From positions 1 through 64,000 of the forward strand of contig CANMWZ010000010.1 of the NCBI GenBank assembly GCA_947501605.1: a DNA stretch of 64,000 nucleotides, in the 5' to 3' direction. Below, in pieces: positions 8,692 through 18,671 of this stretch. The DNA comes from Planctomycetota bacterium. Its GTDB lineage: Bacteria > Planctomycetota > UBA1135 > UBA2386. Both the position numbers and the translations under genes were made by a program. Position 1 is the first letter of the stretch. Each line of letters opens with the position of its first letter. The notes beneath the pieces were generated by a model that saw only the letters and a program-made list of their open reading frames with translations, did not search any database and was not told where the DNA came from.

Positions 8692-11324
8692 TGGGCAAAC
8701 ACGATAAAAACAGCAAGGGGAAGCGATCGGCTTCGAGCGGATCGACGACGCCCCGGGGTCCAGAGAGTGCGCGGCCACCGCGCGCCAACGCGCGGACAGG
8801 TCGTGGCAAGGACGCGAGAACGGGCTCGACGCCGATGGCCAAAGCGCGCGTCGCACCGATCGCGGCAGCGCGCCAAGCGATCGCGGTCCGCAAGGCGAAC
8901 CGTTCGGCCGCCACTCCAGCGAATTCGGCCGGCGTCCACCGCGCGCGTGCTGCCACGGCGCTGCCGGTTGCGAGCCTGCGATGGACCTGCCCGCCGCTGC
9001 AGCCGTCGGGCCAGCCGCCGACGGCGGCGTTTCTGCTCGGCCAGGATCGGCCGATGCAGGCGCTGCGGACCGGCCTGTCGATTCACGCGCATGGCTACAA
9101 CCTGTTCGTCTCGGGCCTGATCGGCTCGGGTCGTTCGACGGTCGTCGAGTTCCTGCTTCGCGACATCCAGCCGGTGTGTCGGCGCGGACCGGACCACGTG
9201 CTCGTGCACAACTTTCGCGGCTCCAACAGCCCGCTGTTGGTACCGCTGCCGCCGGGCCGTGCCGCCGCGTTTCGCGAAGAGCTGTCCGACCTGGGACGCG
9301 AGTTGCGCTCGGCGTTGATTTCTGCGCTGCACAGTCGGCCGCACCGCATCTCGCGACGCGTCGTGCTGCGCACCAGTGATGCGCGCGAGCGGCGCATCAT
9401 GGACGCGCTGCAGCGGCAGGCGCAGAAGCTCGGTTGCCAGCTCGTGAGCTTTCAATCCCAGAGCGGCGCGAGCACTGCGGACATCTACCCCGTGATCGAC
9501 GGTGAGGCGATTACCCTCGACGCCCTGAGCGCGCTGGTGCTCGAAGGCAAAGTCCAGGAGTCAACGCGCGCCGAGATGGTGCGCAGCCGTGAGCAACTGG
9601 TCGAACGACTCGACGAGGTCACCGACCGGGTGCGCAGCGAACGTCGGCGCATGGCGAGCGAGTTGCGCGAAATGGACCAGCGCCTCTCCTGGCACGTCCT
9701 GGCCTCGCACCTCAAGGACTTCCGCCAGCGATGGCCGCAGATGCAGGTGGCCGACTGGCTCGACGCCGCCGGCGAGTGGATTGAACGACATTTGCGGAGC
9801 TGGCTCGACAGCATCGTGGACGACAGTGAGGACCAGCCGGAGGAACAGCCGCAACCGCGCGGACCCGAAGTGCGTGTGCCCGAGTTTCAGGCACAGGTGG
9901 TCAAGACCTCGCTCAACGACGCGTGCCCGGTTGTCTTCGAGAGCAACCCGACCTTCGCGCGGCTGTTCGGCACGATCTCGGCTGCCCGCGAGGGCCATCT
10001 GCCGTCGCCGTTGCAGTGTCATCCGGGAGCCTTGCTGCGGGCCGACGGCGGCTACTTGATTCTGCGCTGTGTCGACATCCTGCAAGAGCAGGGCCTGTGG
10101 CCGGCGCTGAAGCGCGCGCTGCAGACGGGTCGCGCCGAGATCCGTGAACTCGATCCGATGACCGGCCAACCGGGCGGATCGCTGCAGCCTGAGTCGATTC
10201 CGTTCGACCTCAAGGTCGTGCTCATTGGCGAGCCCGGCATCTACGAACAACTCGCTGGTGAGGACCCGCAGTTTCCGCAGATCTTCAAGATCCACGCCGA
10301 GTTCGACAGCACGATCCCGCTCGACGACGACAACCTGCGTCGCTACGCAGACTACCTGCAATGGCTCGTCGGTCGCGAAGGGCTCCTGCCGTTCGAGCCG
10401 AGCGGCTACGCCGCTGTCGCTGAGTACGGCGCCCGTGCGGCGGGACGTCGCGACCGGTTGAGCACGCGCTACGGCGAGCTTGGCGACGTGGCCCGTGAGT
10501 CGGCCCACATGGCCGAGCAAGAAGGGGATCGCGCGATCTGCCGCGAACATGTCGAGGAGGCCGTGCGCCGCCAGCGCTATCGGCACGACCTGCCGCAAGA
10601 GCTCGTCGAGCGCGACTACGCCAGCGGCTACATGCAGCTGTCGACGTCAGGGCGATCCGTGGGACAGGTGAACGCTTTGACCGTGCTCAACACCGGCACG
10701 CTGGAGTTTGGCCGTCCCTGTCGCATCACTTGCAACTCCGGCGTCGCGGTGCCGACGCGTTCGGGCCTGATCAACATTGAAGGTGCGGTCAACTTGTCGG
10801 GTCCGATCCACGACAAGGGCGTCATGATTCTCGAGGGCTACCTGTTGCAGCAGTTCGGTGGCGATGGGCCACCGTGCGTGCAGGCGACCATCTGCTTCGA
10901 GCAGCTCTACAACGGCGTCGAAGGGGACTCTGCCTCGCTGGCGCAGTTGCTGGCGCTGCTGAGTTCGCTGGCCGAGGTGTCGCTCGAGCAGGGCTTTGGG
11001 GTCACCGGTTCGATCAACCAGAAAGGTGAGGTGCAAGCAGTCGGTGCGGTCAATGAAAAGACCGAGGGCTTCTATCGACTCTGTCGTGCTCGGCGCCTCA
11101 CGGGTCAACAGGGCGTCGTGATCCCCGCCGCGAACCAGAGCGATCTGATGCTGGATCCCGAAGTGACGGCGGCGGTCGCTCGTGGCGAGTTTCAGGTCCA
11201 TGTCGTCAGTCACTTCGAGCAGGCGCTCGAGTTGTTGACCGGCGAGCCCGCGCAGTCGGTCTTGGATCGCGTGCGCAAGCGCCTCGATCTCTTCCGCCGC
11301 GTTGGCGGTGTTCGCGGCTCGTAG
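8691..11324 (+). CDS. Lon-like (LonC/AAA_32-type) protease
   Basis: LLGQDR, GLIGSGRST, HPGALLRADGGYLIL, LSGPIHDKGV, FEQLYNGVEGDSAS (catalytic Ser), VGAVNEK (catalytic Lys), QGVVIPAAN. Confidence 0.9.
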   Translation: MGKHDKNSKGKRSASSGSTTPRGPESARPPRANARTGRGKDARTGSTPMAKARVAPIAAARQAIAVRKANRSAATPANSAGVHRARAATALPVASLRWTCPPLQPSGQPPTAAFLLGQDRPMQALRTGLSIHAHGYNLFVSGLIGSGRSTVVEFLLRDIQPVCRRGPDHVLVHNFRGSNSPLLVPLPPGRAAAFREELSDLGRELRSALISALHSRPHRISRRVVLRTSDARERRIMDALQRQAQKLGCQLVSFQSQSGASTADIYPVIDGEAITLDALSALVLEGKVQESTRAEMVRSREQLVERLDEVTDRVRSERRRMASELREMDQRLSWHVLASHLKDFRQRWPQMQVADWLDAAGEWIERHLRSWLDSIVDDSEDQPEEQPQPRGPEVRVPEFQAQVVKTSLNDACPVVFESNPTFARLFGTISAAREGHLPSPLQCHPGALLRADGGYLILRCVDILQEQGLWPALKRALQTGRAEIRELDPMTGQPGGSLQPESIPFDLKVVLIGEPGIYEQLAGEDPQFPQIFKIHAEFDSTIPLDDDNLRRYADYLQWLVGREGLLPFEPSGYAAVAEYGARAAGRRDRLSTRYGELGDVARESAHMAEQEGDRAICREHVEEAVRRQRYRHDLPQELVERDYASGYMQLSTSGRSVGQVNALTVLNTGTLEFGRPCRITCNSGVAVPTRSGLINIEGAVNLSGPIHDKGVMILEGYLLQQFGGDGPPCVQATICFEQLYNGVEGDSASLAQLLALLSSLAEVSLEQGFGVTGSINQKGEVQAVGAVNEKTEGFYRLCRARRLTGQQGVVIPAANQSDLMLDPEVTAAVARGEFQVHVVSHFEQALELLTGEPAQSVLDRVRKRLDLFRRVGGVRGS

Positions 11325-11355
11325 CGGGCGTTCGGAACGCGGGACCAAGAAACGA

Positions 11356-11392
11356 CCCGGCCCCGGCGATGACGGTCATCGCCGGGGCCGGG
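11356..11392 (-). terminator. Strong GC hairpin between convergent genes
   Basis: CCCGGCCCCGGCGATGAC-G-GTCATCGCCGGGGCCGGG is a perfect 18-bp inverted repeat. TCGTTTCTT follows on the minus strand. Confidence 0.8.
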
Positions 11393-11429
11393 GATGGTCG
11401 CGCAACGTTGCGCGCGCTGCACGGACTCG

Positions 11430-13256
11430 TCAGAGGCCGACGGTCCACTGGCGGGCGTTCGAAGAGACCAAGCCGAGCGCGTTCACCGGCGCGAGGATCG
11501 CGATCTGCGAGTTCAGCGTGACTCCGGTCATGTAGATGTCGTACGGCACCGGCACCGTGATGCCGCCGGACGTCGCACCGGCCGTGAAGGCGAGCGGGAA
11601 ATCGCTCAGGAGGTTGGTGTAGACACTGCAGCCCGGGGCCTGGCCCGCGCCGAAGATCGAGTCGAGTGTGACCGAGAGGGCCTGGTCGCCGAGGATCACG
11701 ATGCCGAACCCGATGTTGCTCACCGGGGCGTTGGTGAACGTCAGCGACAGCGGCAAGCCGATCTGCGCAGCTGTCGAGCCGTGCGCGAGCGGGATGATGC
11801 TCGTGGCGGTGCGCGGCCCGACGACGTTGGCGATGCCGGCTGTGGCCAGGTCGCTGCTGCCAAGGTTGGCGGAGCTGACGCCGGCGATGCCGACGAGTGG
11901 CGGGTTCGACGTGACGGTGCCCGTGAGGCCGAGGTAGCCGAGCGTGATGTCGCCCGTGGCATGATCCATCGAGATCTGGATCGTCTGCGTGCCAGCACCG
12001 GTGAAGAGCGGGACGTTGTGCCAGGTGGCCTGGAACTTCGTCGCCGTGTTCTCTACGTAGATGGGCGCCGTGGTGGTGTTCGGCGAGAGGTCCTTCCAGT
12101 AGCCAGCGATGCGCGGCAGCGCTCCCGTGTGGAAGGCCGCGGCCGTTGCATTGAAGGCCTGCGTCGTCGACGTGCCGAGCCAGAGGAACCCGTTCGTGCT
12201 CATCGTGACGGTCGTGACCGGCGTCGCGCCGAAGGCGAAGGTGCTGGCCAGCGCGTGCACGTGCAGCGAGTCATCCGTAACACCGGTCTGGATCGTGCCC
12301 GTCGCTGCGTAGTTCGCATCGAACGTGCCCACGCCCGTCGTGTAGGTGTCGCCGGTGCGCGTGAAGCGGATCGCCGTGTTGGCGAGATCGATCGGGTTCA
12401 CGCCCGTTCCGATCGTGAAGAGTTCGTAGAGCGAGCCGCTCGCAAGAGCCGAAGGGCAGCCGGCGCCCGTGGACGTCGGAGTCGTGGCAATCGCTGGCAG
12501 GAACGCGTAGGGGACGCAGGTCGGGTTCGCCGTGTTGTTGGGCGTGTAGGCGATCGGCGGCACCCCGTTCGGCGGCGTGTTCGGCACCAAGTTCAGGGTC
12601 GAGTTCGCGAGGTCGAACGGCTGGAGGCCGGTGTTGGCCGTGAACGACTCATAGGCCGTGGAGTCCAAGACGCTGCCAGGCAGCGTTGGGCTCCAGTTGA
12701 CGAGGCTCGCCACGGCGCCCGGGCCGCGGCTGGTGCCGGTGATGCACGTGCTGGTTGACACGCCCATCGTCGAGTCGAAGTAGAGATGGATGCCGCCGCT
12801 GGCGGTCAGCACGCACTCCATGTTGGCGAAGACCGTCGTGCTACCGAAGCGCGGGATGCCCTTCCAGACGACCGAGCACTGCGTCGCGTCGGCCGAGAAG
12901 AACACGCCACCGCCAGGAGGGATCACCGCGAAGTTGTCGGTGTCCCAGTCGTCCCAGCACACCGCGACGCGCGCGGGTTGCGACAGCATCTCGGCTGTCG
13001 TGTCGGAGAGATCGTTGGCGCCGGTGATCGGGCCCGTGCCGAACCAGACGAAGCCGTTCGAGCAGACCGTGATGCGGTCGTAGTTCACGCCGTGGAACGG
13101 GAACAGGAAGGGCAGGCCGAAGGTGCGAACCGCATCGTCGGCGATCGCGAACTGGCTACCGGGAGGCGTGTTCGCGAACTGGAAGCACTGGGCGGTCGCC
13201 GACGTGGCGAGCGTGGCCGCGATTGCTGCGGTCGTGAGGAGACGGGAGAGGCGCAT
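11430..13256 (-). CDS. Secreted Thr/Ala/Gly-rich protein with two nidogen(NIDO)-like repeats and conserved C-terminal domain
   Basis: GGAG RBS, then signal peptide MRLSRLLTTAAIAATLATSATA-Q. Motifs LPFLFPFHGVNYDRITVCSNGFVWFG...VAVCWDDWD and FAFGATPVTTVTMSTNGFLWLG...IAGYWKDLSP. The ORF-track start at 13868 is too far upstream. Confidence 0.75.
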   Translation of the reverse strand: MRLSRLLTTAAIAATLATSATAQCFQFANTPPGSQFAIADDAVRTFGLPFLFPFHGVNYDRITVCSNGFVWFGTGPITGANDLSDTTAEMLSQPARVAVCWDDWDTDNFAVIPPGGGVFFSADATQCSVVWKGIPRFGSTTVFANMECVLTASGGIHLYFDSTMGVSTSTCITGTSRGPGAVASLVNWSPTLPGSVLDSTAYESFTANTGLQPFDLANSTLNLVPNTPPNGVPPIAYTPNNTANPTCVPYAFLPAIATTPTSTGAGCPSALASGSLYELFTIGTGVNPIDLANTAIRFTRTGDTYTTGVGTFDANYAATGTIQTGVTDDSLHVHALASTFAFGATPVTTVTMSTNGFLWLGTSTTQAFNATAAAFHTGALPRIAGYWKDLSPNTTTAPIYVENTATKFQATWHNVPLFTGAGTQTIQISMDHATGDITLGYLGLTGTVTSNPPLVGIAGVSSANLGSSDLATAGIANVVGPRTATSIIPLAHGSTAAQIGLPLSLTFTNAPVSNIGFGIVILGDQALSVTLDSIFGAGQAPGCSVYTNLLSDFPLAFTAGATSGGITVPVPYDIYMTGVTLNSQIAILAPVNALGLVSSNARQWTVGL

Positions 13257-13451
13257 CGGGTACTCCGAGACAGGCGTCGTCGGCCGGGGTGCAGAGCCGC
13301 GCCCACGGGGAAGCAGACGACCGGCCGGGGACCGTATCCCTCCTGGTGCGCATGCGGAAGCCATCTCCACGGCGCGCCGTCGGCTTGCTCGCTCTGTCGA
13401 ATCCGGAGTCAGCCGTTGCGCCGGGGCCGTTTGAGGTGTGACCAAAAATGG

Positions 13452-13490
13452 CGCTGCCCCGCACTGCGGCGTTCGCAGTGCGGGGCAGCG
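13452..13490 (-). terminator. Intrinsic terminator after the 13508-14626 gene
   Basis: 17-bp perfect stem CGCTGCCCCGCACTGCG / CGCAGTGCGGGGCAGCG, followed by CCATTTTT on the minus strand. Confidence 0.85.
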
Positions 13491-13507
13491 GGTGCAAGCG
13501 CTACGGC

Positions 13508-14626
13508 TCAGAGGCCGGCGACGTGGCGCAGGCCGTTGCTGGTGATCACGCCGAACGGCGTCAGCGTCGACCATGCTGCAGCCTGCGTGAACAGTTCCAT
13601 GCTGATGGAGGGCTCGTAGGGGACCGGGATCGAGTGGATCATGTCCGAGCCCGGGGTGAAGAACGTTGGGAAGTAGGACAGCTCGTCTGTGGCGTACTGC
13701 GTGCAGCCGATCATGCCGTAGACATCGAGCGGCACGCCTGGGTTGGACACGCCGATGACGAACAGACCGAAGAACGAGGTCGGGTCCGGCAGCTGCGCTT
13801 CCATCGTGAACGTCGTGCCCATGGCGATCACGTTCGACGTGTGCGTCATTGGGTTCGAAGCCGGGCAACCGACGCCGATCGACGTTGGACCTTCGGAGAT
13901 CTCGGGCAGGATCTTCAGCGGCAGTGGGCAGTTCGGGAGGATCGTCTTGCCGATCGAGTAGTCGCCTGGGCCCGTCGGCAGGATCGCGTAGCTCCAGCCA
14001 GCAAGCTCGAAGCCCTTCGTGCCGGAGTTGAACACGTGGAAGCTCGTGGAGTCGCTGATCGACACGCTGACGTTCGGCGTGAACTGGTTCGCCGGGGCGC
14101 CGCTGCCGCGGCTGATCGCAGCGATCGAGTCGCCGCTCGCCTGAAGAGTGCAGGCCGCCGAGTAGTGGTAGTGGATGCTGCCATCTGGCATCAGGACGAT
14201 TTCACCGTCGAGCAAACCAGCGCCGGCGCCGAACTGCGGCACGCCCTTCCAAGCAACCGAAGCGCGCGTCGCGTCCGCTTCGTAGAAGATGCCGTTGCCA
14301 GGCGCGGCGGCCGTGGAGTCCCAGTCGTCCCACAGCAGTGCAAGCGTCGGATGCGGGTCATTGAGCAGCTCCGAGCTGGTCGGCGAGAAGTCCGAAGGAT
14401 TGGACAGCGTCGAATCGCCAAGGCGGACGGTGCCGTTCGAGTCGATCGTGATACGGCTGTAGTTTGCGCCGTTGAACGGGAAAACGAATGGCAGCGACAC
14501 GACGCGGACGTTGTCATCGCCGAGCAGAAGGTCCGTGCCCGGAGGGTCGTTGTTGATGATGAGGCACTGGCTGATTGCCGGAGCAGCCAGCAGTGCAAGC
14601 ACGGGAAGGAAACGCGACAGACGCAT
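13508..14626 (-). CDS. Secreted protein, one NIDO-like domain; paralog of 11430-13256
   Basis: Signal peptide MRLSRFLPVLALLAAPAIS-Q. LPFVFPFNGANYSRITIDSNGTV...LALLWDDWD, VAWKGVPQFG, and C-terminus ...GVITSNGLRHVAGL align with the neighbour. Confidence 0.75.
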   Translation of the reverse strand: MRLSRFLPVLALLAAPAISQCLIINNDPPGTDLLLGDDNVRVVSLPFVFPFNGANYSRITIDSNGTVRLGDSTLSNPSDFSPTSSELLNDPHPTLALLWDDWDSTAAAPGNGIFYEADATRASVAWKGVPQFGAGAGLLDGEIVLMPDGSIHYHYSAACTLQASGDSIAAISRGSGAPANQFTPNVSVSISDSTSFHVFNSGTKGFELAGWSYAILPTGPGDYSIGKTILPNCPLPLKILPEISEGPTSIGVGCPASNPMTHTSNVIAMGTTFTMEAQLPDPTSFFGLFVIGVSNPGVPLDVYGMIGCTQYATDELSYFPTFFTPGSDMIHSIPVPYEPSISMELFTQAAAWSTLTPFGVITSNGLRHVAGL

Positions 14627-14857
14627 GATCAACCTTGGAAAGGAAAGTCAAAGAACGGCCAGGGGCGAGCACCTGGAAATGCCAAAGGAGAGTACTTCAT
14701 GGCGATGCCGGCGGCCGATGGCATCGGCGAGCGGTTTGGTGCCGGTGCGCTGCCATCGAGAGTTGCGCTGCGGCCGCTTTTCGCAGGGCGCATTGCCAAC
14801 CGTGGATGGCCAGTTGCAGGGGCTTCGGCGATCGCCTTTGGCCGGCGCCCGCGCCGC

Positions 14858-15646
14858 TCAGCGAACGGGAGCGATCGGCATCTGCTCGGCGCGGCTCACG
14901 TGCCACTCGATGGCGCCGGTGCGCACGTCGACGGTAGCCGGAACGGTGCGCAGCGGTGCTCGCGTAGCTTGCTGGCCGGTCGTTGCGACCGGGCCGCGGA
15001 TCGCGGCATCGAGTTGCTCACACTGCAGCAGCGCCTGCGCGTGAGCGAGTCGGAGGTCGCGCCGCCGAGCGAGTTCGCGGGCCTTGGCGCTGCGGTGCTC
15101 GGCGCGCGGCACGGTCGCGGTGTCGGGCTTCTGACTCGAGTTCTCGCCGAGGCTCGGGCAGCCCGTGTGCGTGAGCACGATGCACAGCGATACGCGATGT
15201 TCCTGCGCAGCGTAGAGAGCCAGATCGGCCGCCTCGGCATCGGCACAGGCTCCGGCGTTGCTGATCCACAGCAGGTCCTGCGGACGGAGCCCGAGCAACG
15301 CTGGCACATCGACCGCGGCGTCCGCGCAGCCGATCACCGCGACGACGAAGCGCCCAGCGCCAGCCGGGCGCGCCATCGGTTCTGCGGGTGACGCGCCACG
15401 CTTCCGAGCCTCGACGTAGCGTTGGTTGCCCTCACGTACGTGTTCCAGGGCGGCTTCCGGTGGCAACGATGGCTGCGCGTGGTGGACAAGGGCTACCACC
15501 GTCTTGGCGGCCTGCTTTGGTTGCGTGCCAGCACTCTCGGAGGTGGTCGCCGCGGCCGGGGACCGTGCTGGCGCGCCTGTGCCGCCGTGGTCCTGGCCTT
15601 GGATCCACGACGTGAGCAGCAGGAGGAGCACGGCCGTTCTCGGCAT
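14858..15646 (-). CDS. Beta-carbonic anhydrase-like protein with signal peptide
   Basis: ALEHVREGNQRYV, VIGCAD (Cys/Asp), SNAG, VLTHTGC (HxxC zinc ligands). Confidence 0.75.
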   Translation of the reverse strand: MPRTAVLLLLLTSWIQGQDHGGTGAPARSPAAATTSESAGTQPKQAAKTVVALVHHAQPSLPPEAALEHVREGNQRYVEARKRGASPAEPMARPAGAGRFVVAVIGCADAAVDVPALLGLRPQDLLWISNAGACADAEAADLALYAAQEHRVSLCIVLTHTGCPSLGENSSQKPDTATVPRAEHRSAKARELARRRDLRLAHAQALLQCEQLDAAIRGPVATTGQQATRAPLRTVPATVDVRTGAIEWHVSRAEQMPIAPVR

Positions 15647-15759
15647 GCGGCCCTCGTCGGCGCGGGGGAGCGTGGGACTTGACCATCGGCCCGAGGCTGA
15701 CCTTGCGTTGGTGGAAAGGGCCCTTGCTAATGGCGGTGCGGCGGCTACGGAATGCAGCT

Positions 15760-17649
15760 ATGGACCAGGGCAGCCCTTCCAGTGCAGTTCGCAAAGGCAT
15801 CGAGGATCGCGACCAAGTCGTCATTCGATTCGCCGGTGACTCCGGCGACGGCATGCAACTGACCGGCGACCAGTTCACTCGCACCACGGCGCTGATGGGT
15901 AACGACATCGCGACGTTCCCCGATTTTCCCGCCGAGATCCGGGCGCCTGCCGGAACCTTGCCTGGCGTGTCGGCCTTTCAGTTGCGCTTCTCCAGCTTCG
16001 ACATCCACACGCCCGGCGATGCTCCCGACGTGTTGGTGGCGATGAATCCAGCGGCGCTGAAGGTGCACCTGAAGGAACTGAAGAAGGACGGGATACTGAT
16101 CCTCAACACCGCCTCGTTCAGCGCCCTCGACCTGAAGAAGGCGAAGTACGAGGTGGACCCGCGCACGGACGGCACGCTGGCGGGGTGGCGGCTGATCGAG
16201 GTCGACCTCGAGGCCCGCACGCGCGAGGCACTCGCAGAAACCGAACTCGATGCTCGCAGCAAAGATCGCTGCAAGAACATGTATGCGCTCGGCATCCTCT
16301 ATTGGATGTTCCATCGCGACATGGCTCCGACCGAGCGGGCCATGGCGGAGAAGTTCAAGAAGAAGCCTGATGTCGTCGCCGCCAACCTGATGGCGATGAA
16401 AGCGGGCTACGACTACGCCGAAACGACAGAGGTTTTCCAGACGTCGTACCGAGTCCCGCCGGCGCACCTGCCGAAGGGCACGTATCGGAACATCATGGGC
16501 AACCAGGCCCTCTGCCTCGGCCTCGTGGCCGGCGCGCAGCGAGCGGGTCTTGAACTCTTCCTCGGCAGCTATCCGATCACGCCCGCCAGCGACATCCTGC
16601 ATCAGCTCAGCACCTACAAGCACCTCGGTGTCGTGACGTTCCAGGCCGAAGATGAGATCGCTGCTGTTGGCGCAGCCATTGGCGCGAGCTACGCCGGCAG
16701 CCTTGGCCTTACCTCGACTTCGGGTCCTGGCCTTGCACTGAAGAGCGAGGCGATCGGCCTCGCCGTGATGGCCGAATTGCCGCTCGTTGTGATCGACGTG
16801 CAGCGAGCGGGGCCGAGCACTGGCATGCCGACGAAGACGCAGCAAGCCGACTTGTTGCAAGCGATGTACGGTCGCAACGGTGAGAGCCCGGTCGCGGTAA
16901 TCGCGGCTTCGACGCCGGCCGATGCGTTCATGGTCGGGTTCGAGGCGGTTCGTATTGCGGTGCAGTTCATGACGCCGGTGATCGTGCTCAGCGACGGCTA
17001 CATCGCGAACGGCAGTGAGCCTTGGTTGCTGCCGGACACCCAAGCACTGCCGACGTTCGCAGTCGAGTTCGCCGCGCCGCAGTCCGCCGGTACCAAGTTC
17101 GAACCGTACAAGCGCAATCCAAAGACCTTGGCGCGGCCCTGGGCCAAGCCCGGAACGCCGGGTCTGATGCACCGCATCGGGGGTCTCGAGAAGCAAGACG
17201 TGACCGGCAACATCAGCTACGACGCGGAGAACCATCAGCACATGGTCGACACGCGCGCGCAGAAGGTCGCCAACATCGCCTTCGCCGTCGAGCCCGCGGT
17301 GACGCTGGGTGAAGACCATGGCGACTTGCTGGTGTTGGGCTGGGGCAGCACCCGCGGGGCCATTACGAGTGCGGTGCTGCAGTTGCAGAAAGACGGGCAC
17401 AAGGTCAGCGCGTGCTTCCTGCGTTGGCTCAACCCGCTGCCGCAGAACCTCGGCGATTTGTTGAAGCGGTTCCGGCACGTTCTGTTGCCGGAACTCAACA
17501 AGGGCCAACTCTGCATGATGCTGCGCAGTCGCTACCTCGTAGATGTCGAGAGCTACAGCAAGGTGGACGGGTTGCCGTTCAAGAGCCACGAGATCACCGC
17601 GCGCCTGACGGAGTGTCTGGCGTCGCTGAAGAACAAGGGAGGCCGCTGA
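15760..17649 (+). CDS. korA: 2-oxoacid:ferredoxin oxidoreductase alpha subunit
   Basis: VIRFAGDSGDGMQ, FPAEIRAPAG, GSYPITP, FQAEDEIAA, TSGPG, QRAGPSTGMPT. Substrate specificity is not established. Confidence 0.92.
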   Translation: MDQGSPSSAVRKGIEDRDQVVIRFAGDSGDGMQLTGDQFTRTTALMGNDIATFPDFPAEIRAPAGTLPGVSAFQLRFSSFDIHTPGDAPDVLVAMNPAALKVHLKELKKDGILILNTASFSALDLKKAKYEVDPRTDGTLAGWRLIEVDLEARTREALAETELDARSKDRCKNMYALGILYWMFHRDMAPTERAMAEKFKKKPDVVAANLMAMKAGYDYAETTEVFQTSYRVPPAHLPKGTYRNIMGNQALCLGLVAGAQRAGLELFLGSYPITPASDILHQLSTYKHLGVVTFQAEDEIAAVGAAIGASYAGSLGLTSTSGPGLALKSEAIGLAVMAELPLVVIDVQRAGPSTGMPTKTQQADLLQAMYGRNGESPVAVIAASTPADAFMVGFEAVRIAVQFMTPVIVLSDGYIANGSEPWLLPDTQALPTFAVEFAAPQSAGTKFEPYKRNPKTLARPWAKPGTPGLMHRIGGLEKQDVTGNISYDAENHQHMVDTRAQKVANIAFAVEPAVTLGEDHGDLLVLGWGSTRGAITSAVLQLQKDGHKVSACFLRWLNPLPQNLGDLLKRFRHVLLPELNKGQLCMMLRSRYLVDVESYSKVDGLPFKSHEITARLTECLASLKNKGGR

Positions 17650-18659
17650 TGACCACTGCCGCACGACCCGTCATGCAAAAGAAGGACTACAAGTCGGACC
17701 AAGAGATCCGCTGGTGTCCTGGTTGTGGCGACTACGCGATCCTGAACGCGGTGCAGAGCGCGTTTGCGAAGCTCGGCAAACAGTTGCACGAAACCGTCAT
17801 CATCAGCGGGATCGGCTGCAGTTCACGGTTTCCGTACTACATGGAGACCTATGGCTTCCACACGATCCACGGCCGCGCGCCGACGATCGCCACGGGAGTC
17901 AAGATCGCCAACCCTGCACTCGATGTGTGGGTCGTCACCGGCGACGGCGACGCAATGTCGATCGGTGGCAATCACTTCATCCATGCCCTGCGGCGCAATG
18001 TCGGCCTCAAGGTGCTGATGTTCAACAACCGCATCTATGGCCTCACCAAGGGTCAGTTCTCGCCGACCAGCGAGCAGGGCAAGGTCACCAAGAGTTCCCC
18101 GCTTGGTTCGGTCGACTATCCGTTCCACCCGATCGCGCTCGCGCTCGGGGCCGGGGCGACGTTCATCGCACGTGGCATCGACGTGTTCTTGCCGCACCTC
18201 GAAGAAGTGATCACGAAGGTCTCGTCGCACACGGGCACGGCGTTCTGTGAAATCTATCAGAACTGCAACATCTTCAACGACGGCGCCTACAAGGGCATCA
18301 CGGAGAAGGAACTACGCGACGACCGCGTGCTCTACCTCGAGCATGGCAAGCCGCTCTTGTTTGGCAAGGACAAGGACAAGGGCATTGCCTTCGACGCCAA
18401 CTTCCAGCCTCACATCGTGACGGGTGCCGAGTTGTCGCGTGCTTTTGTGTGGGACGAGACCGCCGCGAGCCCCGCACCGGCCATGGCCCTCGCCAATATG
18501 AGCGAGACCGACTTCCCAGTCCCCGTTGGTGTTTTCCGCCGCCGCGAAATGCCGGCGTTCGAGACCGGGATTCGTGACCAGATCACGGCCGCCAAGCAGA
18601 AGAAATCGCAGTCACTGCATGAGTTGCTACGGCAGGGCGAGATCTGGGATGTCGGCTGA
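17649..18659 (+). CDS. korB: 2-oxoacid:ferredoxin oxidoreductase beta subunit
   Basis: WCPGCGD, SGIGCSSR, HTIHGRA, TPP-binding GDGD...NNRIYGLTKGQ. TGATG overlap with the alpha gene. Confidence 0.92.
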   Translation: MTTAARPVMQKKDYKSDQEIRWCPGCGDYAILNAVQSAFAKLGKQLHETVIISGIGCSSRFPYYMETYGFHTIHGRAPTIATGVKIANPALDVWVVTGDGDAMSIGGNHFIHALRRNVGLKVLMFNNRIYGLTKGQFSPTSEQGKVTKSSPLGSVDYPFHPIALALGAGATFIARGIDVFLPHLEEVITKVSSHTGTAFCEIYQNCNIFNDGAYKGITEKELRDDRVLYLEHGKPLLFGKDKDKGIAFDANFQPHIVTGAELSRAFVWDETAASPAPAMALANMSETDFPVPVGVFRRREMPAFETGIRDQITAAKQKKSQSLHELLRQGEIWDVG

Positions 18660-18671
18660 ATCCAGTCGCTA

